Source of the DNA: Dimorphilus gyrociliatus | Lineage: Eukaryota; Animalia; Annelida | DNA length: 64,000 bases | Reading direction: 5' to 3' | Assembly (NCBI GenBank): GCA_904063045.1 | Contig: CAJFCJ010000009.1 | Location: 104,942 to 168,941, forward strand | Shown here: piece by piece, positions 1 to 11,391 of the stretch | Layout of the letters: each line of letters starts with the position of its first letter | Numbering within the stretch: the first letter of the stretch is position 1 | Program-made: the position numbers and the translations under genes | The notes under the pieces: model-generated | Database searches by the model: none | What the model was told of the DNA's origin: nothing | Seen by the model: only the letters and a program-made list of their open reading frames with translations

Positions 1-3000
1 CTCCCTAGCCTCTCATTCAAGAAAATGGAATAGAAAGAATGAATTGGAAGACGAGTACTACGATACGGTTTGTATTATTTACATATAACTGGTGGAAAAT
101 AAATAAGGGTATATAGATTTGAAAGAGAAGGGTGAAAGAAAAAGCCGATATACTAGTGTAGGCTAAAGTAATTAGATATGGCGCACGGGATATGTCGTGG
201 CTTGTCGAAGAGAAAAAATTCGATATTACAGTCTGTCTGATACTCTACCGCTACTTTTTTTTTCTTTAAACATTTAACGTTGCCTATAACTATATTGAAC
301 TAAGGAACTGATAAATCTAGTAAGTTTTTTAATATATATAACTAATCCGCCTCGTTTCGACATCCCTAACGACGTTTTTAATGATTTATTTATACAAAAA
401 TATTTTCTATTTAAAAAATAGAGCACTTAAATGAATAGTACATTCCTTAAAGGAAGTCAAAATACGGAAATACGAAATTGTTAATGGAATTCAATCAATA
501 AGGTGCACTTGTTACGATTAGGAAGGTTGCAAATTTAATTAACGTGCCCTCGGTTTACTTTCGTATGCCAGTGTCGATAGATTTTTCGTACTATGTCTGT
601 CTAATGAGATTGATTAAATATACTTGTACTTGTATATCTATCTATTTATCTATATATTTATATATATTTAGTTCAAAGTAGGTGGAGGTGGCTGAATAAT
701 TTGAAACGGTCTGTCAAAGATATATTCAGAACTATTCCTAATCCCTCAAACCTTCTCTCCCGCCCTACTGTGTTTTCCACTAATCCGCCTTAATCCTATT
801 CTAATAAAGTTTCTTCTATCGTTCAGAACGAGGAGTACGGAAATATTACGGAGGAAATGGCCTACTCATCTAATGGTCGGTCTCCCCTCAGAGCTTCTCA
901 TGAATTCTACAATAGCCAAGAAACGGATAGCGGGTTCGAGTGAGTATGATTCACACAGCTTTATTCGCATGTTACCTGTTTTCTAATTAACATATATTTT
1001 GTAAATGATATAGCAATAGTGCCAACAGTAATCGGCTCCGGCATAGCTTAAACAGACCGTTCACTCCTCCTCTCGGCTATTCAAGAGCGCATAGTGAATG
1101 TGGAAGAAAAGCCATGTCTGAAAGAGCCGTTGGAGATCTCCAAAGAATATTAGAGGAAAGTGAACATAGAAGAACAATGCTAATGGAAAAATTAAGAGAA
1201 GCTCAAGATACAATTCAAGTATATAGAGAAAATTTATCTCATATCACTTATATAATCACTTCATTTTTATGATTTTGTTTTTCATCTATTGTGCACTTAT
1301 CAATACTTTTTTTTATATTTTATGTATTATTTACTTTTAACAGATGCAGGCCAAGAGATTGAGCGAAACCGAAACGATACTAAAAGATAATGAATTTGAA
1401 ATGAATGACCTTCGTTTTAAAACTAAAGAGCAAAAACAGAAATTAGAAACTTATGAACAGGATAAAGATAGTTATTTCACTCTAAGAAGTGAACATGCAA
1501 GATTAAAAGAGGATATGCAAAACAAGTAAATCTCTTTTTTTTTACTTACAATATATATACAGTCGTATATAAATAAACATAGGCCTATTCGCATTTAAGT
1601 TTTATTTTACTCCCTTAGGGTTGAAAATTTAGAAATAGAATTAGCTTCAATGAGAACTCAAACAAGTTTGGCTCAGGCTGAAGCAAAGAAAAAACAAGAA
1701 TTATTAGAGCAATCATCGTTATCTATTGCTCACTTAAATAGTGATAATGCCAAATTAGCTCAAGCTAAAGATAGTTTAATGAGGGAAACAAATGCTTTAA
1801 AGGAGTCATTAGAATTATCGAGAAGTAGAAACGATTGGTGGGAATCTCAGAATCGGGAACATAACGGAGAAACGGATCGTTTAAGGGAACAAGCTAGAAC
1901 GTTGTTATCGCAAAATAACGATTTGAGCAAACAATTATCGGATTCTAGAAGAATGAATACAGAGATTAAAGGGGAAATTTCGATTGAGAAAAAGGCAAAT
2001 GAAGAATTAAAGGCTGAAAAACAAAAATTAACTTCCGAATTAGAGATGTATGAAAGGAATATAGCGGATATGAAATCTACGGCATCGACAGCATGCTCTG
2101 ATAAGGAAAGATACTTTCAAGAGAAACTACAATTACAGCATCAACTACAAGATTCTACTGCTGAAAATGAACATTTGAAAAAGAGTAAAAGCCAACTAGA
2201 GGAACGTTTCGAAGAAGTTAGTCAAGAATTGGAAAGGATAACGAATGATACAGCGTCGAAACGAACTCAGCAAACTAAAATTGATGAGGAATTGGCAGCA
2301 GTTAAAAAAGTATCCGAAGTACTCTCAATAGAATTGGCAACGACTAAAGCGAGCTTGGAAAAGGCAGCTGAACAGAATAAATCATTAGAACAGAGTAAGA
2401 CAATAGCTTTTGAACAGCATAGTTTATACGAGCAAGAAATTCAAAGCTTGGAAATGCAAATTGAGAATATGAAAAAGGTAAAAACTCATTAATAATCAAT
2501 TAACCTAGTTTCTTTTTCTAAATTTGAATAACAATTAATATATAGTAAAAACGCTATTTTGTTTCTTTGTTTAACAGTCAATGGACAGTATGAAAAGAGA
2601 TTATAAAAAGGAAAAAGATGGCGTTGGTGAACATGCTCAAAAACTCCGAGAAGAATTAAGATCTTTAAAAGTTGAAAGGAATCAATTGGAATCGAAATGT
2701 CACGAGTTAGAATCGGTAAATACTCTTTATTTTTCTTTTCTCTTTCTTTATCTCTCTCTCTCTCACTCTTTCTTATTTCTTGTATATTTACTTATAGAGG
2801 ATTAATTTAGGCCTAAATATATATTTTGTTTATATTTATAGAGCTTGAAACAAGCCGAAACGAACTTGAGAGATCATTCGACAGAACAATTGAGAGAGAT
2901 TGATAATTGGAAGTCGAATGTTGAGAAGTTGACCGCCTCTTCTAGCCGTAAAGACTCAGAGATCCAGAATTTGAATAAAAGAATTCAAGAAATGGAGGTC

Positions 3001-6000
3001 GAAATCGATTTTCTAAAGAACGATCAATCAGGATTTAGATCACAATACGAGGATTTGATGGAAGCAAAGGAAGCAAACACCAGGTTTTTAAAAATAAATT
3101 TTTTTACGTAATCACTGGATAATCCCTTTTTCATTATTATAAAATAATCATTTAATCTATAGATTAACAGAAGAAAATAGGAGATTAGTTCAAGAAAGAG
3201 CTGAAAATCAACAACTCATACAACTATTGGAGATGCAAAAGAGTATTTTAGCAAAAACCGTAAACTATCTAATTTTAATATATTAATATTCATAATCATT
3301 TTGTTCTATTTATCATAAATTTGTAAATTTTATAGTCGGAAGGAACATTAAGTAAGATTCACGACGCGGAACAACTTCAATGCAAAGTAAACCAATTGAC
3401 AGCTGAAAATGATCTTTTACTGTAAATAAACCATGCTTTTCTTGATCTTATTCAACAAAATCTTTTCTTTACCTTCCTCAGGGACAAACTGAAAGAGGCG
3501 GAAAGGATAAAAGATAATCTAATTAAACAAAAGGAGGAACGCCTAGCCGATAGCGATCTCTTCCTTACGCAAGCCGGTCAAGAATCTTTCAATAAGCAAA
3601 TAGAAGACTTAGATAATGAGAGGAAGGCTTTAGCTGATCTTAACTCAAAAATTACAGAACAACTAACAAGATTGGAACAAGAGAATTTTAATTTGAAATC
3701 AATGACGGAAACTTCCGTCAGTAAAACTGACCTGAGAAGAGTAGAATTAGAAAAGAGTAGTCTACAAGAGGATGTGGAAAGATGGAAAAGGCAATTTGAA
3801 CAATTAGAGAAGAGACATCATGAACTATTAAAAGACAAGTCAAGAACCACTACTTCAGATACCGACACAAGCAAATTAAAATCTCAAATAAAGCTTTTAG
3901 AAAGCTCTAGAAAAAGAGTTGAAGAAGAATTAGAAGTACTTAAAAGAACAAGGTACATATATTTACATAAGGTAATACAAATATTACTTTACAAAGGCCT
4001 ACAACTATTATAGGAACGAAAGCGGTGCTAATGAAATAAGTCGGCTACAAGGTGAATTAATCGAAGCTAAAACCCATATTACTCGTCAAGATTCATTAAT
4101 ACGGTCATTCAAAGAGGTAAAAACAAATTAATTAATTCATTAATTAACTTTACAAATATACGAGCGCGAAAATTCTAAAATACTTCTCACGTTTTTCCTT
4201 CTTCTTCCCTTTTCTCCTTTCTCTTCTTGTCTTATCAAAAAAAAGATATAGGCTAAAAAAGAGAAAACTAAGAAAACAACATATTAATTAATTTATTCAC
4301 TTTTCATCAACATTTTTCTTCATAATATTCTCTTTTTTTTTTTTTAATAACTAAAGAAACAGGATGAAAAGAAATCCGGATGGATTGCAGTAAGCATAAC
4401 GATTATAAGCCATTTATACATTTATATATATATACTTTGATATACAGTATATAAACTTTGCAGTGTTTTCTCATCTTTAAATATGGCGAATTTTTTTAAT
4501 CGTTTTTTTTCTTGCTATAATTTTGATTTCAACTTTTTTTAAAAAGTAGTAAAAGTTTTTTTTTTTTAAAAAAAACAAGTTTTTATTTTTTTGGGATATT
4601 GAATATGTACAGTATGTTAGTGTAGAATTTAGAATTATTATTACTATAGTTACTATACAAATCATAACAAACTTATATATTAGTTTGTCTAATGTTTTCT
4701 CCTTTTTTCTTTATTTCATACGAAAAGCAATCGTTAGATGATGCTGGATCGGAATTGAGTCAAGTACGTGACGAGTTGAACAAATTAATGTTACTCATGC
4801 AAGTGAAAGAAGGCGAAATTGAGGATTTAGATACTCAATTAAAGGAGGCTAAGAAAGAGATCGATAGAAAGTTTGTTGTCAAAATTAATTGCGAAAAAGA
4901 TCTTATTCGTTAATAATTTATAATGATTCTTTGTTTAGGGATTCGGAAGTTCGTAAATTAAGGGCAAGTTTTGAATCTAGACAAAAGAACGAAGAAAATA
5001 TTATAGAGGATTGTAGAACGGAGAATGAGCAAATAGCTCAACTACAAAGGCAAAAGCAAGGTATTAAACTATGGAATAACCAAAGCTTTTGACGTTGTTA
5101 ATCTTTAGTACTTGAATTTTTTTACTGCTTCTTTTTACTAGCTTTAATAAATAAAATATTCGTTGCGATTTGTTTGTTGTTTGCTGTGTACTACGCTCTA
5201 TTTTAATCCGCTCTCTTCTATTCCCTCTCTCTCTAAGGAGAATTGTTCGATATTAGATAGGTTCAGATAGCTACGTGATCCTCCTTTATTTCAGACTTAC
5301 GAGCTAAATTGGAAATGGCGTCAGAACAGGACGCCGAACAAATAGAGAGGGAGATTAAAGCTAAGGATAGACAAATTGAGCGGCTAGAAGAGGTAGCGGC
5401 TTCTAGCACTTTAAGAAATTTGGGCCAAATGCGGCAGATGGCGACTAAGAGGGGGGTAACAGATGGCCCTGAGGAAACGAATAGTTGGGATAGTTCTAGC
5501 GATGAGGCTTGCGAAAAGTCTATTTCTAAGATGAGAGATAAGTTCGAAGCCACTAAAGATGTTACAAATGGTATTAAAAAACTTCCTAAAAAATCCTCCT
5601 CAACCTCTTCCACCCTTATATCTCCAACTAAAAGTTCTGCTGGCAAAACTGTTTCCAAAGCGATAAATCCAATAAAAAGCGTAAAACCTCCAATAAAAAG
5701 TTCCGCCCCTCCAACATTCCCAAAGCCAAAAGTGAAATCCAGTACAGACAGGAATGGTGATTCTTCACTGACAACAAAAAAATTTGGACTAGCAGCCTTA
5801 CGAGAAGCAAAAGGCTCAAAACCTGCAAGGTAGGTTTGTTTTTTTACAATATCATAAAAAAGTTTCTCTTTAGAAACCGGAAGAATAAGGAAAAAATTAA
5901 AAAAAAAAAATATCCCTTTCGATCCTCTTCCGGTTGGGTTCGATTCATTTTTCTTTATTTTATTAAGATCATTTAACAATTATTAAAAGACTATTAACAA

Positions 6001-6635
6001 ATTTCTAATTAAGGCTTATGCAGAAATTATCTAAAAACAGATAAGATTGTAAACGACTAAGAGAGTATTGGGTAATGTTCGAGGTAAAAAAATATTAAAG
6101 AAATCAACAAAACTATTCGTTTAAAGGAGTTAAAACAAACAAAAGAAATAAAAATTGCGTTATTTAAGATATTGACATAATTTATTAATTAATTAATATT
6201 CATAATCTAACCTATTAATTATTTTTGTGGTTTTTCATGTTTTAATTATATTTAGACTATTTTGATAAACAATTAAATAGCTTTCTTAAAATATTCTCTC
6301 GCTCTCTTTCTCTCCTCTCTTCTAGTTTGTTAATATTCTTCTTTGATAGTTTTTAAATTCATTAAAAACACAGTGGATAATCCTAAACATATTACATCTC
6401 CAAACACAGGACACGCAGACATACAAACACACTTTCATTAATATAAATTAATGAATATTAATGAATTTTTTTTTTGCATATAATTTTCAACAGCTGGAAA
6501 TCAATTTCCGATTCGGCGGTACCTTGGAGGAGTCCCACGGAGAATGAAGAGACAAGACCACTGAATAAAGCCCTTACTCCAAAATCTTCAAAATCCTTCC
6601 TCAGCGGTAATAATGAACCAAAGTGGAAAAGTTAA
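1..6635 (+). CDS. Large coiled-coil protein with basic Ser/Lys/Pro-rich C-terminal tail (possibly centrosomal/cytoskeletal); probably 5'-partial
   Basis: Frame-consistent GT-AG exon chain: (2-67), 827-939, 1014-1218, 1344-1525, 1619-2477, 2578-2715, 2842-3083, 3163-3259, 3336-3421, 3482-3952, 4014-4116, 4357-4389, 4728-4870, 4939-5060, 5295-5829, 6494-6635 (TAA). Exons from 827 sum to 3471 nt (1156 aa + stop). E/K/Q/L heptad-rich translation. First in-window ATG is at 857, but the frame is open back to the window edge through a 68-826 intron. No family recognised. Confidence 0.8.
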
Positions 6636-6807
6636 AGAACCAAAATTAAAGATGTCTTTTGTTTTTCTTTATTACTGCAGCAGCTAGTCTACAAATAATT
6701 ATTTTAAAGGCTTTTTTCTATGTTTTTTATTGATATTATTGAAAGAATTTTCTATTATTTTTACTGCAATTTTTATTAAATATAGAGATAATATTGAGAG
6801 TATCTTT

Positions 6808-7791
6808 TTAAAGATTATCACGTTCCCCTTTGACCAATCTTGAACGGTATCTCCAGATATCGTGATATTTTATGCCAGTTAATTTCCCACCAATTCGTTT
6901 TTCTGCTAAATCCAGCACTTCTTTTGCAATATTCTCCTGTAATGTACCATCGACTTCAATGTATTCGCAACTGCTTGAAGCGTAATGACAGGATATTGCT
7001 TTTCTAAAACCATTCGTTTTATTCGCTCCCGATCCGTGAACAAGAAGTGGATGAAAGAAAACAGTATCCCCCGCTTCCATCTCCAAAAAATCTCTTGGCA
7101 TTTTAGGATCAAAGTCTTCTACTCCATGATACATTTTATTAACGCCCGCCCTCCAATTTGGATAAGTATGCTTAAGTAATTCGGTTGTATGTGAACCTGG
7201 AATTACAGCAAGGCAACCATTATTTCGATCAACCGTTTGCATTGCCGTCCAAGAACAGACGATCTTATTAGCTGGTCTGAATGGAAAATAATGTAAATCT
7301 TGATGCATTGGATGGCGAGATGTATCAGTACCAGGATCTGGTGGTTTATTAATAAGCATTGTATGCATAGCCATAATATTATTTCCAACAAAACTAGGAA
7401 GATAATGTAAAATCTCTGGTAAGCTACAATATTCGAATAGAGTGGGATCTTCTTGAAAATCTTGTAGTTTATTTACTGCTTTATGAGCAGGTATGTCAAA
7501 TCTCTTTGCAACAGCTATATCTCTCATTACCATTAATCCTGGTATTTTTATTTCCTTATCTTGAATGATTTCTTCAAATCTATTTGTAAATTTTTTGATT
7601 TTCTCCAAAGGTACTAGTTTGCGAATAACTAGATAGCCATTCTTTTCATAGAAATTTCTCTGTTCTGTGGTAAGAGCACTCCCAGAATCCAATGTGTAGT
7701 TATACTGTCCTTTTTGCGATTTGTTAGATGATAAATTAGAACAATTATTAGGGGAAATATGACGTTGAATATGATATAAACGTTCTGCCAT
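6808..7791 (-). CDS. PHYH: Phytanoyl-CoA dioxygenase (Fe(II)/2-oxoglutarate oxygenase, PhyH family), intronless, 327 aa
   Basis: Single ORF; true ATG at 7791 (the track starts at a TTG at 7800). HxD iron motif ([11 protein letters not shown]), distal His (HPLLVHGSG), 2OG Arg (RKAISCHY), plus [11 protein letters not shown] and [16 protein letters not shown] segments typical of animal PHYH. Confidence 0.95.
   Translation of the reverse strand: MAERLYHIQRHISPNNCSNLSSNKSQKGQYNYTLDSGSALTTEQRNFYEKNGYLVIRKLVPLEKIKKFTNRFEEIIQDKEIKIPGLMVMRDIAVAKRFDIPAHKAVNKLQDFQEDPTLFEYCSLPEILHYLPSFVGNNIMAMHTMLINKPPDPGTDTSRHPMHQDLHYFPFRPANKIVCSWTAMQTVDRNNGCLAVIPGSHTTELLKHTYPNWRAGVNKMYHGVEDFDPKMPRDFLEMEAGDTVFFHPLLVHGSGANKTNGFRKAISCHYASSSCEYIEVDGTLQENIAKEVLDLAEKRIGGKLTGIKYHDIWRYRSRLVKGERDNL
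7756..7782 (-). other. PTS2-like peroxisomal targeting nonapeptide RLYHIQRHI
   Basis: Residues 4-12 of the PHYH ORF fit RL-x5-H-hydrophobic; human PHYH uses the PTS2 RLQIVLGHL. The final Ile is a non-canonical residue. Confidence 0.7.
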
Positions 7792-8557
7792 CGTAAACAA
7801 GGTTGTTGGAATCGGGTATGTTGTTTTTTTCTTTTCAGCTCAATATTTCTTACCAGTTTTCTGTGAGGATAAAAATTTTTTGCGACATGATTTAAATGTC
7901 ATACTTCACCTACATTTAACTAGTATGTTTTTTAAAGATAGTGATATGGAGAGTTGAACGCAAAAAAATTATCTATAGATTGAGTTTAAAAAATGATAAA
8001 AATTAGATGAGAAAACAAATAGTTGTTTATGAATAAGGAGAAACTATCTTTACCAGTTTACAACCCTAACTTTTTAAAGGCGGGAAGTTTTACTTTAAAT
8101 CCTCTAATGGAAATTCTTTATATTTATATATACAGTATATATGTACATAAAATATGAAACATCAGACATATTTAAAGAGATTTTTAATTACATAATTAAA
8201 CAAAAAAAAGGTGAATTATGTATTTTAAATATTCGGTCTATAAATTTTTTACTAATTGAACAGAAAACACTGTTACCTGTCCCTACTTTATTATTACGAT
8301 TTGAACTTTCCTATCAATTTGCCCTACATTTTATTTATTACGAAAATATATACTTACATGCGATTAATATGGACTTTTATTTAGTATAAGATATTCTATA
8401 TTCTTATAAAAAAACAAAAGTCTTCAAGTTGTTATCAATAACGTTTATCTTAACTTAAGAGATTTGTCAAATAGCGAACCATCTTATAAATATTCACTAA
8501 CTTCATTATCTAATCGTCAATGCTCCTATTTATGATACTCAGTTCAATCACGTGCCT

Positions 8558-10270
8558 ATGTCCACAACTGTAATTCTACAGCAAAGACGGATTGAAATAT
8601 CCCAAAGAGAGAGGCCATTTATTGTAAAATGGCGTCTAAAATTTCAACGATTTGTGGAGGAGAACAAAAGAAAGCTTAAGTTGATTTTTCTATGTTTAGC
8701 ACTTATTGGTTACTTCATTTATTTTGGTTTGGCCATAAAACATTCGGCTAAAAAGGCAAAAGCATTAATAGTTATAACACCGATTGTTGTTGCCTATCTT
8801 ATTTACGCTCAAATTAGAGACAGATATGGAGATTTAATTTTCAAGCATATCATTCAGCCAGTATTCGCAATCTTTAAAAGGAATCTAGTTAAATGGATCT
8901 TTTTGAGTGGAATTCTAGTAGCTTTAGTACTTTATTTAGGCCTTGGCGTACTGAAAACAAGACGACAACTTCAATCAATCCTTGGCTTAACTTTTTATAC
9001 CATCATACCTTACTTTACCAGTAAGCATAGACGACACATAAAATGGAGACCTGTTATTTGGGGTTATGCTACACAATTTCTGATGGCTGTAATAGTCTTA
9101 AGATGGAAACCTGGTTATAACGCAGCTAGATTTTTATCAGATGAATTGAACACTTTTCTAAGCTATTCTTTCGAAGGAGCCGCGCAAGTGTTCGGAGATC
9201 CTGTTTTTATACTTCATACTGGATTCTTTTTGTTAGCTTTGATCACCTTTATCGGGGCTGTTGTGGATATTCTCTTCTATTTCGGTGTAACAAAGTTCGT
9301 TATCACAAAAATGGCTTTTATTATGTCAATTTCTGCTAATATAACTGCTGTTGAAGCTTTCGGTCTTGTTGCGAATATATTCTTATCCGTTTTGGAAACG
9401 TCTTTAATGATAAAACCTTATATAAAGAAATTGACTGGGTCAGAATTTCATACTTTTTTAGTAGGGGCTCATTCTACAATAGCCGGCTGGGCTTTTGGAC
9501 TATTTGTTTTATTTGGTGTTAATCCTCAACATCTTTTAACGGGAGCTTTAATTTCTGCACCGGCTGCAGTAGCTATTGCTAAGTTATCATGGCCCGAAAC
9601 AGAAATATCGAATTACAAGAATTCGCATGAAGTCGAAGTTGAAGAGAGTAACGATAGGAGTGTTGTTGAAGCTATGGCTAATGGAGCTAAACAAGCAGCG
9701 AAAGGTGTAACAGCCATTATGTTGCAAATTATTGCTTTCTTATCCTTGTTAGACTTTCTTGACACAACTCTCGGATGGATTGGTAGAAGAATTGGAATAA
9801 AATTATCCGTTCAGATCATATTTTCTTATCTTTTCGTACCTTTTGCCTGGTTAATTGGAATTGAATGGTCCGAATGCAGAGCTGTATCATCTTTGCTAGG
9901 ACTAAAAATGCTTGGGAATGAAGTACTCGCCTTTCTAGAGTTGGGAGGTATACAACAAGGAGAAGGTCCAAAACTTTCCGAACATGCTGCAACATTAACA
10001 ACATATGCTCTCTGTGGATTTTCGTCATTTGGAACTTTGGCAATTTTCATAGGAGTTTGGAGTTCGATTGATCCGCCAAGGGTTGCTCAAGTGGGATCAC
10101 AATTTTTGCGCCTATTCTTAAATGCCAATTTAGCCTGTTTCTCCACTGCTTGTATTGCCGGTATTTTATACGATGAAGATATTGCCAGTGAAAAATCCCA
10201 ACCATCAATAATAAGAGCTTTTTTTAATTTGTTGCCAAGCTATAAGGATATTTTAGACCTTCTTCAATAA
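8558..10270 (+). CDS. SLC28: Concentrative nucleoside transporter family member (SLC28/CNT), intronless, ~570 aa
   Basis: Multi-pass hydrophobic ORF; ATG at 8558 (the track starts at a GTG at 8552). CNT motifs IKWRPVIWG, NIF..ET..MIKPYI, STIAG, SAPAAVAIAKLSWPE, NEVLAF, TYALCGFSS. An acceptor-like CAG at 8540-8542 allows an upstream exon. Confidence 0.92.
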   Translation: MSTTVILQQRRIEISQRERPFIVKWRLKFQRFVEENKRKLKLIFLCLALIGYFIYFGLAIKHSAKKAKALIVITPIVVAYLIYAQIRDRYGDLIFKHIIQPVFAIFKRNLVKWIFLSGILVALVLYLGLGVLKTRRQLQSILGLTFYTIIPYFTSKHRRHIKWRPVIWGYATQFLMAVIVLRWKPGYNAARFLSDELNTFLSYSFEGAAQVFGDPVFILHTGFFLLALITFIGAVVDILFYFGVTKFVITKMAFIMSISANITAVEAFGLVANIFLSVLETSLMIKPYIKKLTGSEFHTFLVGAHSTIAGWAFGLFVLFGVNPQHLLTGALISAPAAVAIAKLSWPETEISNYKNSHEVEVEESNDRSVVEAMANGAKQAAKGVTAIMLQIIAFLSLLDFLDTTLGWIGRRIGIKLSVQIIFSYLFVPFAWLIGIEWSECRAVSSLLGLKMLGNEVLAFLELGGIQQGEGPKLSEHAATLTTYALCGFSSFGTLAIFIGVWSSIDPPRVAQVGSQFLRLFLNANLACFSTACIAGILYDEDIASEKSQPSIIRAFFNLLPSYKDILDLLQ

Positions 10271-10430
10271 AAATGATATACAATAAGAAGATCGAGCTAA
10301 CGATCTATTACAATAAAACATAATTATCAATCAATTTGACTATTGTTTCCTAATTCATTAATTCTGTCAAACATATCACTGACACCTAGTGTCTTTTGAA
10401 ATAATTTCTTACATTAGTCAACGAGTAACA

Positions 10431-11201
10431 ATGAAGGATAGTAAAATAGCTACTGCTCGAATACTATTTATATTTCTGTTAAGACAAGTTTCACCTATAA
10501 TTATAGAAGATGAGACGAGATTCGATTTAGAATATGCGGCATTGAAAACTAACGATGAAGATTTCTTCAATTCAACACCTTTCACCGAAAGTCAAGAACT
10601 CAGATGTGACACTTGTAAAGCTATCTCATTCGCGGTAAATTTCTATCTCTGATATTGATTTATATTAAATTCTACGCACAATCTATCAATAATTTATAAA
10701 TTGAACAAAGAAAATCAACAATTCATATTTTGCAGCTCTTTACAGAGATTCATAATGCTTGTAATGATTTTCGTGATCTTGAAAATTTTATTTTCAAATG
10801 CCAGTCATTATTAAACATTCAAGATAGAAGCAGAAAAAAAAACTCTTTTGTTAGGTAAGTGCGTTTACTAATTAATTTAACTATTTAATTACTTATCATC
10901 CTTATTATTTTATGTTAATAGTTACTCAAGAATTAAAATTAATAGAACTTTGAGATTGATTGGACCGGGTCTTGATATCGATGAAAAACTTCATGAAGTG
11001 GCTAAAGAAAACTGGGATGATCGATTGAAAAATAGTTTAAACTATCTTATAGATGATATAGGGGAAGAAGAGTTGTTAAATCAATGGAAAAATTCTGAAT
11101 CTATTGAGGATTTTCAACAGATTCTCTGTTTTGGAGTTGGCTATAGAGGACCATGTCGGCTATTGGATAGGTTTCACAACTTTTTCCCTGGGAATTATTA
11201 A
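10431..11201 (+). CDS. MZB1/pERp1-like saposin-fold (canopy-related) ER protein, 3 exons, divergent
   Basis: Exons 10431-10634, 10736-10854, 10922-11201, all in phase. Weak signal-peptide-like N-terminus. NDEDFFNS..LRCDTCKAISF resembles MZB1 DDEEMYS..LRCDACRAVAY. RLIGPGL..W..RL...IGEEE..ILC..GPC resembles RLTGPGL..WPTRL..FGEDQ..LLC..GAC. The 3' end is uncertain: an alternative intron 11171-11250 would end the protein at 11302. Confidence 0.7.
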
Positions 11202-11391
11202 TACAAAATATATAAATAATGCTTTCACTATTAATATTTCATTGCTTTAGTAGATTTATTAAAGGAAAAGACATAGAATATTCATATTTAGTTACAAGAT
11301 AGATATAATAGAGTTTCTTGGAAAAAAAGATAGATTAGGAAGACGAGGATTACGGAAGACCATTCAAGTTTTCGGGATTAAATATTACTCT

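Noticed and set aside
5937-5946. GGTTCGATTC resembling a tRNA T-loop / Pol III B-box
   Set aside because: No A-box, acceptor stem or cloverleaf in the flanking sequence.
5263-5979. 238-aa minus-strand ORF
   Set aside because: It is antisense to the Ser/Lys-rich exon of the coiled-coil gene, and its ends translate intronic A/T tracts.
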